A DNA stretch of 64,000 nt. Origin: an uncultured Gammaproteobacteria bacterium (GTDB lineage: Bacteria; Patescibacteriota; Microgenomatia; Levybacterales; GWA1-39-11). Shown here piece after piece: positions 56,368 through 64,000 of this stretch. How positions within the stretch are numbered: position 1 is the stretch's first letter; the number at the start of each line of letters is the position of its first letter. Below the pieces are notes generated by a model, which ran no database searches, was not told the origin of the DNA, and saw only the letters and a program-made list of their open reading frames with translations. A program made the translations under genes and the position numbers. The DNA is taken from positions 601,827 to 665,826 of the forward strand of contig CAYRKM010000001.1 of assembly GCA_964425075.1 (NCBI GenBank). The letters run 5' to 3'.

Positions 56368-56739
56368 ATGGATGAAGAAGCAAAAAAACAAATCGAAGAA
56401 CTCAAAACTGAGGTCGTAAGCTTACGAATTAGGGTAAAAAGACTTGAAGATTTTTACAATGCATTTCCAGATCCAGCAGAATATTTATATGACCATGATT
56501 TAGGACCTGGAGAAAGAGATGATCTATTCGAACAAGCTGTGAGGGTAGTAGCTCAACATGATAGAGCCTCCGCTTCACTAATCCAGAGAAGAATGCAGAT
56601 TGGATTTAATAGAGCCGCAAGACTATTAGAACAACTGGAAGAAGCAGGCGCAATAGGAGCTGCCGATGGATCAAAACCAAGAGATGTTTTGATAAAAAAT
56701 GCTGACGAGTTTTTAAAGAAACTTGAGGAAAATAGTTAA
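56368..56739 (+). CDS. Standalone FtsK gamma (KOPS-binding winged-helix) domain protein with N-terminal coiled coil
   Basis: DDLFEQAVRVVAQHDRASASLIQRRMQIGFNRAARLLEQLEEAGAIG closely matches FtsK gamma domain (DPLFDQAV...[30 protein letters not shown]). Confidence 0.85.
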   Translation: MDEEAKKQIEELKTEVVSLRIRVKRLEDFYNAFPDPAEYLYDHDLGPGERDDLFEQAVRVVAQHDRASASLIQRRMQIGFNRAARLLEQLEEAGAIGAADGSKPRDVLIKNADEFLKKLEENS

Positions 56740-56745
56740 TTATTC

Positions 56746-57459
56746 TTATTTATTCGCTAAATCAACAGCCCTATAAATTGCCCCAAGCTCGCGCACCGAT
56801 TCCATTTCATTTTCAAAAATTAACTTTTCGCAATCCTCTGGGTTATTTTTATAAAGTTTTTGGACACAAAAGACTAATGTTTTTAAGTCTCCAACAACCT
56901 GACTTGATGATTGATTATCAAAAAACATCACATAGAAGAACTGCATGCAAAATAGAGCTAAATTGAAAAGAAAAAAGTTAGGTAGAGCAAACAATAAGAT
57001 AATAAGTAGCACGCCGACCTCAGCCCCATTTCTAAATGCGTGATATTTGAAACCTACTGAATTATAGTGAGATATAACGTGCAGTGCCCCCTCTGGATTC
57101 TCTGACTCTGCATCGTCTATTTTCAAAGTTTTGATATTTTTTAAGTAATAATTTATACTTTTTCGTCTTTTGACATGGATCTTATACATCCACGACTTTT
57201 TCATTAGAAACCAGAAAGTATTTGACCATGCAAGACTAATAAATGTAGTTACACTGATGAAAAAGATTTTTATATAAATCAAAGGTAGAGTATAGGGGTC
57301 AGGATTAATTAAAATTGGGATTGTTAAAATAACGCAGACAATCAATATCAAAATACGCTTATTAATTGGTGGATTATCAATGATAACAGTTGCAAAATTC
57401 CAACAAGATTCAAAGTCTCCAATAATATCAAAAAATAAGGATTTAATTTTATTCAGCAC
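56746..57459 (-). CDS. Hypothetical multi-pass membrane protein
   Basis: Several TM helices; no motifs. Confidence 0.4.
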   Translation of the reverse strand: MLNKIKSLFFDIIGDFESCWNFATVIIDNPPINKRILILIVCVILTIPILINPDPYTLPLIYIKIFFISVTTFISLAWSNTFWFLMKKSWMYKIHVKRRKSINYYLKNIKTLKIDDAESENPEGALHVISHYNSVGFKYHAFRNGAEVGVLLIILLFALPNFFLFNLALFCMQFFYVMFFDNQSSSQVVGDLKTLVFCVQKLYKNNPEDCEKLIFENEMESVRELGAIYRAVDLANK

Positions 57460-57475
57460 AAATTATTTAATTGAG

Positions 57476-59686
57476 TTATTTAAGTTTTATCTGTTTTCCT
57501 GGTTTAAGAAATTGCTTTGAAATTTTCTCTACAACTTCATCCTTTACCCAATCAAACGATAAAAATGTAGCCAAATCAACAAGTTTACTACTGTTTTTGT
57601 CCCATCCAAACCCTACCCACTCTTTACATTTAGTGGAATATTTTTTCATGACTGCAAATGAATAGAGCTGTTTATATAGTTTTTCTGGATCATCGCGAGT
57701 ATCCATTCCAATAAAACAATATCCTAACGGCTTTTCATCAAGTACAAAAGAAAAACTTTCAAGTTTTTTCCCAGACGTAACTTTAGTTTTGAGAGATTCT
57801 ACGGATTTAACGAAATTTTCTCTTCCCTTATATCCAAGATCGAGTAATCTCATGGCACAATCTGTACTATAAGGAGTTCTGAGTTTAGTGATAGCTGATA
57901 AATAATCATCAAAGCCATCAGGTGATTGTTGACGAGGTTTGGTAGGATTTAAAGTTGTTTCATGCTTTTCAAAGATATATTTATCTACTTCTCCAGAAAC
58001 ACCAGAAAAACTCGCGGCGTTATATTGATCAAATTCGCCATCTTCAAAATAAATTCCTCTTGAGAAATACAGCCCGAGTAAGTCTATTTCATCAGCCATC
58101 AAATGAAAAGTCGTCTTTTCTATTGTCATTCTACGCGAAATGTAATGTAAAAATTGTTCAGGTGAGTCAATTATTTCCGTGATTGTACCAAGATCAGAAA
58201 GAGATACAGACCAAGGATATTTATTCTCTTCAAAAACTTTAAGGATAGAATTCGTATTCGAGAATCTCGTTGTAAAATTTTGGTAGCTATCTAGCGTAAC
58301 GCTTATTGGAAAAATCTTAGATATTTGTCGACTATCTACTACAATTTCTCCCTTTTCTACCTTGATTTTTACTGGCTTACCAGCCTCTAGGTAATTTTTA
58401 GCTTTTATTGCCTGGTCGAATGCACTTCGTATTCCTTTTGAAATATCACTTTTGATTGCTTCTATATTCATGCCTATTAATGATTCATGTTGCATCCGCT
58501 TTGTCTTATCTTGAAAGACCAAAACATATCTATCAAAAAGAACTAACACATCACACATTTCCGTACCATCTGGGTATTCAGGATTTAGAAAAATACAGTC
58601 TTTTGGAAATATTCTTTCAAGATATTCGGCTGTTTTCTCTTCGAGAGAGTTGGCGTAGGTTTTTGATCCACCTGAGTTCCAATATTGGCTATCTCCAATC
58701 AAATCATAGTAAAACGTATGATATAGAACTTCATAAAATAATGAAGGTATTGGAACATAATATTTTCCACCACGCCCAATAATTGGTTTTTCGTAGAGGG
58801 TGTTGTAGTCCCAAGGTGCAAGTTTTGCTTCTTCAAATGAATTGGGAAATCTTGGATTTTTGTATCCGAAATTTTGGCTCAGCCTAGATAAGAAAGCTTT
58901 GCAGATATCTTCTGGGAATCCTGAAAATGATACAAGCTCTTTCAACGAAAAAGAAAGAATTCGATCAGATTCTCCAAAAAAGTAGTAACAACCAACTCGC
59001 GTTATATATTTTTTCTCATCAAAAAGTGGATCGCTACTTTCTGGATGATCTTTTACATATTTCTTTGCTTTTTTGAGACTTAATTCTTTCTCAAGATTAA
59101 CTCTATCGTTATATTCTGAAATAATTGATTCGCTTATGCTTAGTGCCTCAGCGATAGTAAAGCCAAGCCTTTCCTTAAACCATTTATCATGAGTAGAGTA
59201 TAGACTAACTAATATATCTCTCAGTTGATGTTGGTATGATTCTCCTCGAACATAAAATGAAAATAACTTAGCACTTTTAAGAATAGCTTCAATTTCTTTG
59301 TCCTCTTCCTTTTCTATTAAGCTACCTGATGTGAGAAGGTCAGTCGTAATACTTTTTAGATATCTTTCAAGTGCTTTCTCTACAATCTCCAAATCCCCTC
59401 CATCTACTAATGATTTTGGGGCTATCGGGTAATCCTGGGAAAGATACAGTCCAGCAAGAAATTCTGACTTTCTGAGCCATTCTTCCTGTTCTGAATCTTC
59501 ACCATGAAATTCGTTTTCTGGAACTAATAAATATGTGAGATGAATTTGGCTCAGTAACTTAATCGGGTCGTATTTAGACAAAGTTTCTATTAGTTCCTTG
59601 AATGAAGTTTCAATTTCTTGGAGATTGTCTTTATTTACATCCGTAAGTTTTTTAGTAAATGCCTGTTGTTTTGGTAGTTTCTTCAT
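57476..59686 (-). CDS. Large uncharacterised protein (736 aa), possible PD-(D/E)xK-like segment
   Basis: ORF; GTEMCDVLVLFDRYVLVFQDK nuclease-like strand pattern; ATGA overlap with upstream gene. Confidence 0.45.
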   Translation of the reverse strand: MKKLPKQQAFTKKLTDVNKDNLQEIETSFKELIETLSKYDPIKLLSQIHLTYLLVPENEFHGEDSEQEEWLRKSEFLAGLYLSQDYPIAPKSLVDGGDLEIVEKALERYLKSITTDLLTSGSLIEKEEDKEIEAILKSAKLFSFYVRGESYQHQLRDILVSLYSTHDKWFKERLGFTIAEALSISESIISEYNDRVNLEKELSLKKAKKYVKDHPESSDPLFDEKKYITRVGCYYFFGESDRILSFSLKELVSFSGFPEDICKAFLSRLSQNFGYKNPRFPNSFEEAKLAPWDYNTLYEKPIIGRGGKYYVPIPSLFYEVLYHTFYYDLIGDSQYWNSGGSKTYANSLEEKTAEYLERIFPKDCIFLNPEYPDGTEMCDVLVLFDRYVLVFQDKTKRMQHESLIGMNIEAIKSDISKGIRSAFDQAIKAKNYLEAGKPVKIKVEKGEIVVDSRQISKIFPISVTLDSYQNFTTRFSNTNSILKVFEENKYPWSVSLSDLGTITEIIDSPEQFLHYISRRMTIEKTTFHLMADEIDLLGLYFSRGIYFEDGEFDQYNAASFSGVSGEVDKYIFEKHETTLNPTKPRQQSPDGFDDYLSAITKLRTPYSTDCAMRLLDLGYKGRENFVKSVESLKTKVTSGKKLESFSFVLDEKPLGYCFIGMDTRDDPEKLYKQLYSFAVMKKYSTKCKEWVGFGWDKNSSKLVDLATFLSFDWVKDEVVEKISKQFLKPGKQIKLK

Positions 59687-61350
59687 AATTCAATTGATTT
59701 TCCGTCTTTACCGCTAACCGTCATCTTTATATCAGATTTCTTTTTCGGATACTTCTTGAGAAATTCCTGATTTTCACTCACTAAGTAAACTGTGTAGTAA
59801 TCAGATCCATCTTGTCTCTTTAAATCCCTACCATGAAGCAATCCTTCTTTCATTAATTTACGAACAGATGATGGGTGAACTCCATGATTGGACTTTATCT
59901 GCCAACTCTCAAACCAATTACTTTTGTCATCATATCTGGGTGTTAATGATGGAATAACGCCTTCTTGAATGTTTCTCCAGCAATCTTTGCATCGTGTTCC
60001 GTCCAAATTCCACCACATTTCATTACCATAGTAGTGTTCACCACAAATAGTACATGTAAGTGGGCCTTCACTGGCTTCAAGGAAGAACCCTTCTGGTTCC
60101 TTTTCAAGTCTTCGCTTTCTCATATTCTCAATTCCTGCATACTTCCCAGTCATTCGCCCAAGTTGGACTAAGTTGTTTGAAGCGTACTTCTGGCGTTTTT
60201 CTTCATCAATTTTTGGTTTGGGCTTGGGCTCATCTGTTTTTCCAGCAAGTTTGAGCATATCTTCTTCTCGTTCATATCCTTTCAGTCGTCCCTCAAGATA
60301 TCCAAGTCGGTACATGACGCTATTGGATAATAACCGCCAATTAGTGTTTTCCAGAGCACCCTTAATCAGTTTTTCTAGTTCAGAAACGCTTACTCTGTCT
60401 CTCCGCGTGGAATCGTTGTCCTGAAGCGTAAAGGGAACAATGACATATTGACCAATCTCTGGTTTCTCAAATGAGAGTTTGGCGTATTTGGCTTTTTCGA
60501 GTGGTTCTAATAATAGTTTTTCCAGGTCTACAATGGTTGTTCTCTTTAGTTTAGTAACTCGCTCATAAACAGGGTTATCATACTTTTGCATCTCTTCTTC
60601 ATGAACAACATTAGCAACTTCCATAGCTTCAAGTGTTTCAACGTATTCTTTGCCTTCTTTGTCTGACAAACAAAATTCTACTCGGTACTTTTCAAGAAGT
60701 TTTTTACCTTCTTCTTCCTTTTTATCTTGTTCTTCTTGCCATTTCTTGTGCTCTTCATCGTGCTTGCTAAGATCTTCCACTTCAGTTTTTGAGAAGCCAC
60801 AAACTTTGCACTTATGCTTCCAAGTAATGGCTTTGCCTTTTCGAGTAGCCTTTATATCTATTCCTTTCTTGCACTTGGGACAAAGATCAGGTTTTGAAAC
60901 TCGTATTTCACCATCATCGAATACCCATTGTTGTTTATCGCAGTTGTTACACTTAAAAAGAAACATCATCCTTAGAATTGGACTATCGTATGAGTATTCA
61001 AGATGCTTTGAAGAGTTAAAAGACATTGAACCAACGCAGAAGGGACAAACAATTCCTTCTGGAGCGGGAGTAAGATCCTGTTTGTCTTGTTTTAGCTTAT
61101 CTTCCTCAATCCATTTCTGGATGGTTTCTTGTCTTTTCTCATATCTTTTTCCTTTTATAACAAAAAGTGTTCGATGGAGCATGAGATTTGAATCTTTTAA
61201 TTTGTCTTCTTGGGAAAGATGTTTAAGATCTTCGCTAACTAAGATTTTTTGATAAATATCTTGAAACATTTTTACATTATCAAGGCATTCTTCAATGGTG
61301 TGAAGGTCGTAACGATTTATATAGTGTTGTTCATCACGAAGATACTGCAT
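59683..61350 (-). CDS. Uncharacterised Lys/Glu-rich protein with multiple zinc-ribbon motifs (555 aa)
   Basis: CPFC...CNNC, CPKC...CKVC, CTIC...CKDC Cys pairs. Confidence 0.45.
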   Translation of the reverse strand: MQYLRDEQHYINRYDLHTIEECLDNVKMFQDIYQKILVSEDLKHLSQEDKLKDSNLMLHRTLFVIKGKRYEKRQETIQKWIEEDKLKQDKQDLTPAPEGIVCPFCVGSMSFNSSKHLEYSYDSPILRMMFLFKCNNCDKQQWVFDDGEIRVSKPDLCPKCKKGIDIKATRKGKAITWKHKCKVCGFSKTEVEDLSKHDEEHKKWQEEQDKKEEEGKKLLEKYRVEFCLSDKEGKEYVETLEAMEVANVVHEEEMQKYDNPVYERVTKLKRTTIVDLEKLLLEPLEKAKYAKLSFEKPEIGQYVIVPFTLQDNDSTRRDRVSVSELEKLIKGALENTNWRLLSNSVMYRLGYLEGRLKGYEREEDMLKLAGKTDEPKPKPKIDEEKRQKYASNNLVQLGRMTGKYAGIENMRKRRLEKEPEGFFLEASEGPLTCTICGEHYYGNEMWWNLDGTRCKDCWRNIQEGVIPSLTPRYDDKSNWFESWQIKSNHGVHPSSVRKLMKEGLLHGRDLKRQDGSDYYTVYLVSENQEFLKKYPKKKSDIKMTVSGKDGKSIEL

Positions 61351-64000
61351 TGTATTTTTCGTAAATCTCCCTCAGTCGAAGATTTCGGTGTTCAGCATAA
61401 AACACACATATTTGATTAGCAAGATCCTTTACTTCTTTCTCTTTTTTGCCTACGTTGTACAAAAAGGTAATAATTTCCACAATATTTTCCCATTTGTAGT
61501 CAGGTATTAACTCTTCTGCACCTTCAAGCATTTTGAGAAAAAGCAAACCGATATATTTGGCCGTTTTTTGTTGATCACCCTTATTCTTAATATCGTTTAG
61601 ATATTCAATGAAGTATGGTGAGTCAAAATCCACAGTTACAAATGGAGCGGAGATAAGTAACCTTTTATATCCTATTTCATCTAAGTTAGAAAGATAAATA
61701 GAAAACTTACCCATTTCACTTAACACTTTTTTATCATCTTCTGTTAAAGGCTTCTTCTTGCTAAATATGTCAAGAATATAATCCCAGAATGTGATAATTC
61801 TTGATTTAAATTCTGACTGTTCTTTCTGGACAGCTTCGTCCTTGCTTTTCTCAAAGATTATATAGTCTTTTTGATGCCACAGGAATTCAACTACCTGGCG
61901 AAGGTATACTGAGTCCTCTGTGGCAATAATTGTATCCATCAGGCTATCGCTTCCAAGCTTTTCATCTCCTCTTACATAGCCAACCGTTATGTGCTGAATA
62001 AGACGCTCTTGAATTCTTTTATCTTCAAAATTCACAGCAAGAGCTTTTTCATAAGCCTTTACTAACAATTTGTATAGCTTTTCATAAACTTTGCCAGTGA
62101 ATAAATACCCCTCCATGAATGTTTCAAACTTTTTATCTTCTAGGGTATGGATACTTTTTGACTTATTTTCAGCCCATTCTTTGTCGATGTAATGGAGGTT
62201 TGGTAGATACTGTCCCAATAATGTATATGCTTCCAAGATGTCTTGCTCTAAAGCTTTTTCAAAGTTACCTTTCAAAGATTTACTCCATTTTGAGGTTTTT
62301 TTCTCTTTGTTTTTGTCACTTAATCTTGCTTCTCTAAGACCTAAGTAAATAATAGCTATGAGCATTTTCCCCCAACTCGAGTTTAAGGCGTGATCAACCC
62401 CTGCGCCTTTGTATGTTTCATTATCATAAGGCAACTTATCAACAATAATATCAATGACCTTTTCTATGTCAGTATGTAGGGATTCATTAAAACTCCAGTC
62501 ATCAGCTCTGCAACCCTCCCGTATCAGATCTCCAATTGCTGAAAGTGTCCAAGCGTAATAATTTTGATGGCGTAATTTATCTTCTTCTGGAGGTTTCCAA
62601 AACCAGTCTTCTTGCAGCAGTTCAAGCGTAAATTTTATTACTTTATCCCAAGAAATATCTTTATGCTGTTTCCAGGCTTCCTCCAAGCCATTATAGAGAC
62701 TTAATAACAAGTGGTAGTCCTTAGTTTTAAAGGGAAATATATTCTGAGTAAATTTATTGGGATCAAGCTCTACAGCAGATTGCAATGTACTATATATTCC
62801 ATCCGGTGAAAAATTCGAGAATTGTCCTGAAGGTTTGTATTCTGCAACATACTTTACTATCCCGTCATTTTCTTTTGTCAAAAATTCTTCAGCCGAAACC
62901 GGTGACTTATCAAATTCCTCCTTAAATATTACTCCATCGTTGTATTCAGGCAATCTTACTTCCCGCTTAGTTACTTTCTTAATTTCTTCATACCTAGACT
63001 TAAACTCAGGATTTGTGTCAAGAATTTTATATAAGCTTTGTTTCCAATAAAGTTTATATTCTTCTTTCTTATTGTCTGGCAGCTCATCAGAAGGGCCTTT
63101 ATCAATTATTCTTTCGAGTTTATTTTTTTGTTTTTGTGTCAATTCGTTTGAATGTTCCCTTAGAAGGTGCGCAAGTTCCGGCTTAAATGCATCTCTATCA
63201 AAATATTTCTCTTTGTTGTCATCTAAAATAAGGTCGAAATACTTACTAAAATTTTTCCAATCCATAGAAATAAGTACTATTGCCAGACGTTTGAAAAGGG
63301 TATGGGGATATTCATCGCTTAAGAACCTATCAATAACTTCCATGCCTTCTTTCTTACTATGTTTTACCTTTTCTATTGCAATCTGACGGAGTATTATGGC
63401 AAGAAAGTGTTCAGGATTATAAATCGATTTTGTTTGATCTTTAGTCAAATCCCTAAGCCAAATATAAGAATAGTCATCAGTTTTATATTTCTTATTAAAA
63501 ATCCTCCGTATCTTGTTTGAGAGATTAAAAATAGGTTCGTTTGTGCATTTTTGTGCAATAAGCTGCGAATTATTTTTAGCAATAAAGCTTTCTTCAAGCC
63601 AATGAGTATCAATTTTTGTTTCTACGTCTATTGTGTCGCCGAGCGTGCTTTTTTTAACTTTTAAATCTTTAACATCAAGTAAAGCATCGACAAGTCTTTC
63701 AACCTTTTTAACATCTTCCGGATTATTAATTTGATTAAGATATGATGGCAATAGATCATCAGTTAGATCTGCACCAGGCAAAGTAAGGTTAAATTTAGAA
63801 TCAAGCCACACTGGCAGTGCTTGGTTAAATATTTTGTATGGAACTTTTGACAGAGGAATGTTAAGTAAGATTTTTACGAAATACCACCAAGTTCTGTAAT
63901 TATCTATGTGTGCGCCATTTTTTTTGTATAGCGATACCTCATCAATTATTTTTAGTAATTCATCATCAAGCTTCCTATACTTAACAGATAGTTTTTCAAG
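61334..64000 (-). CDS. Very large uncharacterised alpha-helical protein, 3' part (gene continues beyond window end; track Met at 63811 is an internal GTG)
   Basis: Reading frame stays open from 63811 to 64000 on minus strand (…KIFNQALPVWLDS…), no stop. Confidence 0.45.
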   Translation of the reverse strand, partial: LEKLSVKYRKLDDELLKIIDEVSLYKKNGAHIDNYRTWWYFVKILLNIPLSKVPYKIFNQALPVWLDSKFNLTLPGADLTDDLLPSYLNQINNPEDVKKVERLVDALLDVKDLKVKKSTLGDTIDVETKIDTHWLEESFIAKNNSQLIAQKCTNEPIFNLSNKIRRIFNKKYKTDDYSYIWLRDLTKDQTKSIYNPEHFLAIILRQIAIEKVKHSKKEGMEVIDRFLSDEYPHTLFKRLAIVLISMDWKNFSKYFDLILDDNKEKYFDRDAFKPELAHLLREHSNELTQKQKNKLERIIDKGPSDELPDNKKEEYKLYWKQSLYKILDTNPEFKSRYEEIKKVTKREVRLPEYNDGVIFKEEFDKSPVSAEEFLTKENDGIVKYVAEYKPSGQFSNFSPDGIYSTLQSAVELDPNKFTQNIFPFKTKDYHLLLSLYNGLEEAWKQHKDISWDKVIKFTLELLQEDWFWKPPEEDKLRHQNYYAWTLSAIGDLIREGCRADDWSFNESLHTDIEKVIDIIVDKLPYDNETYKGAGVDHALNSSWGKMLIAIIYLGLREARLSDKNKEKKTSKWSKSLKGNFEKALEQDILEAYTLLGQYLPNLHYIDKEWAENKSKSIHTLEDKKFETFMEGYLFTGKVYEKLYKLLVKAYEKALAVNFEDKRIQERLIQHITVGYVRGDEKLGSDSLMDTIIATEDSVYLRQVVEFLWHQKDYIIFEKSKDEAVQKEQSEFKSRIITFWDYILDIFSKKKPLTEDDKKVLSEMGKFSIYLSNLDEIGYKRLLISAPFVTVDFDSPYFIEYLNDIKNKGDQQKTAKYIGLLFLKMLEGAEELIPDYKWENIVEIITFLYNVGKKEKEVKDLANQICVFYAEHRNLRLREIYEKYNAVSS

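Noticed and set aside
1-64000. Alternative genetic code (UGA recoding, as in some CPR lineages)
   Set aside because: Long conserved genes (lon, copA, gltX, aspS, recJ) are intact with standard stops including TGA terminating well-defined ORFs; no sign of in-frame UGA read-through.

Overview
The window is low-GC bacterial DNA with compact, often overlapping genes. Compact housekeeping content (archaeal-type AspRS, a short GluRS, SecF, RecJ, CCA enzyme, Lon) suggests, as inference only, a reduced-genome Patescibacteria/CPR-like lineage; the standard code (11) appears to be used. Positions 1-14.6 kb and 49.6-53.6 kb carry core genes. Positions about 14.7-49.6 kb look like a composite accessory island. 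It holds two diverged copies of a module (phage terminase large subunit, XRE HTH, DUF4352-like protein, large serine recombinase). Between these sit a tandem-domain DNA methyltransferase with a convergent HNH/zinc-ribbon endonuclease (candidate Type IIS-like R-M), an SF2 helicase with a nuclease-like C-terminal domain, a ParB-MTase plus a second MTase, and TerS plus TerL. The second module copy carries a ~15 kb copper-resistance cargo: CsoR, two P1B-ATPases, CopZ, multicopper oxidase, DsbA/CcdA-like pair, cupredoxin-like proteins and a BlaI/BlaR1-like pair. This cargo has a recurring cop-box-like palindromic operator (TACA-N3-TGTA core) upstream of four transcription units. The first module copy is truncated and fused in frame to a disrupted acyltransferase-3 gene. 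Other items include a 60-bp in-frame tandem repeat inside the CCA gene, a tRNA-Gln(CUG) with a 17-bp direct repeat of its 5' end, a ~40-nt hairpin motif conserved at two distant intergenic loci, a tRNA-Glu-like 3'-half fragment, a standalone FtsK-gamma protein, and a 3' operon of very large uncharacterised zinc-ribbon proteins running off the window end. All identity estimates are by eye; no searches were run.
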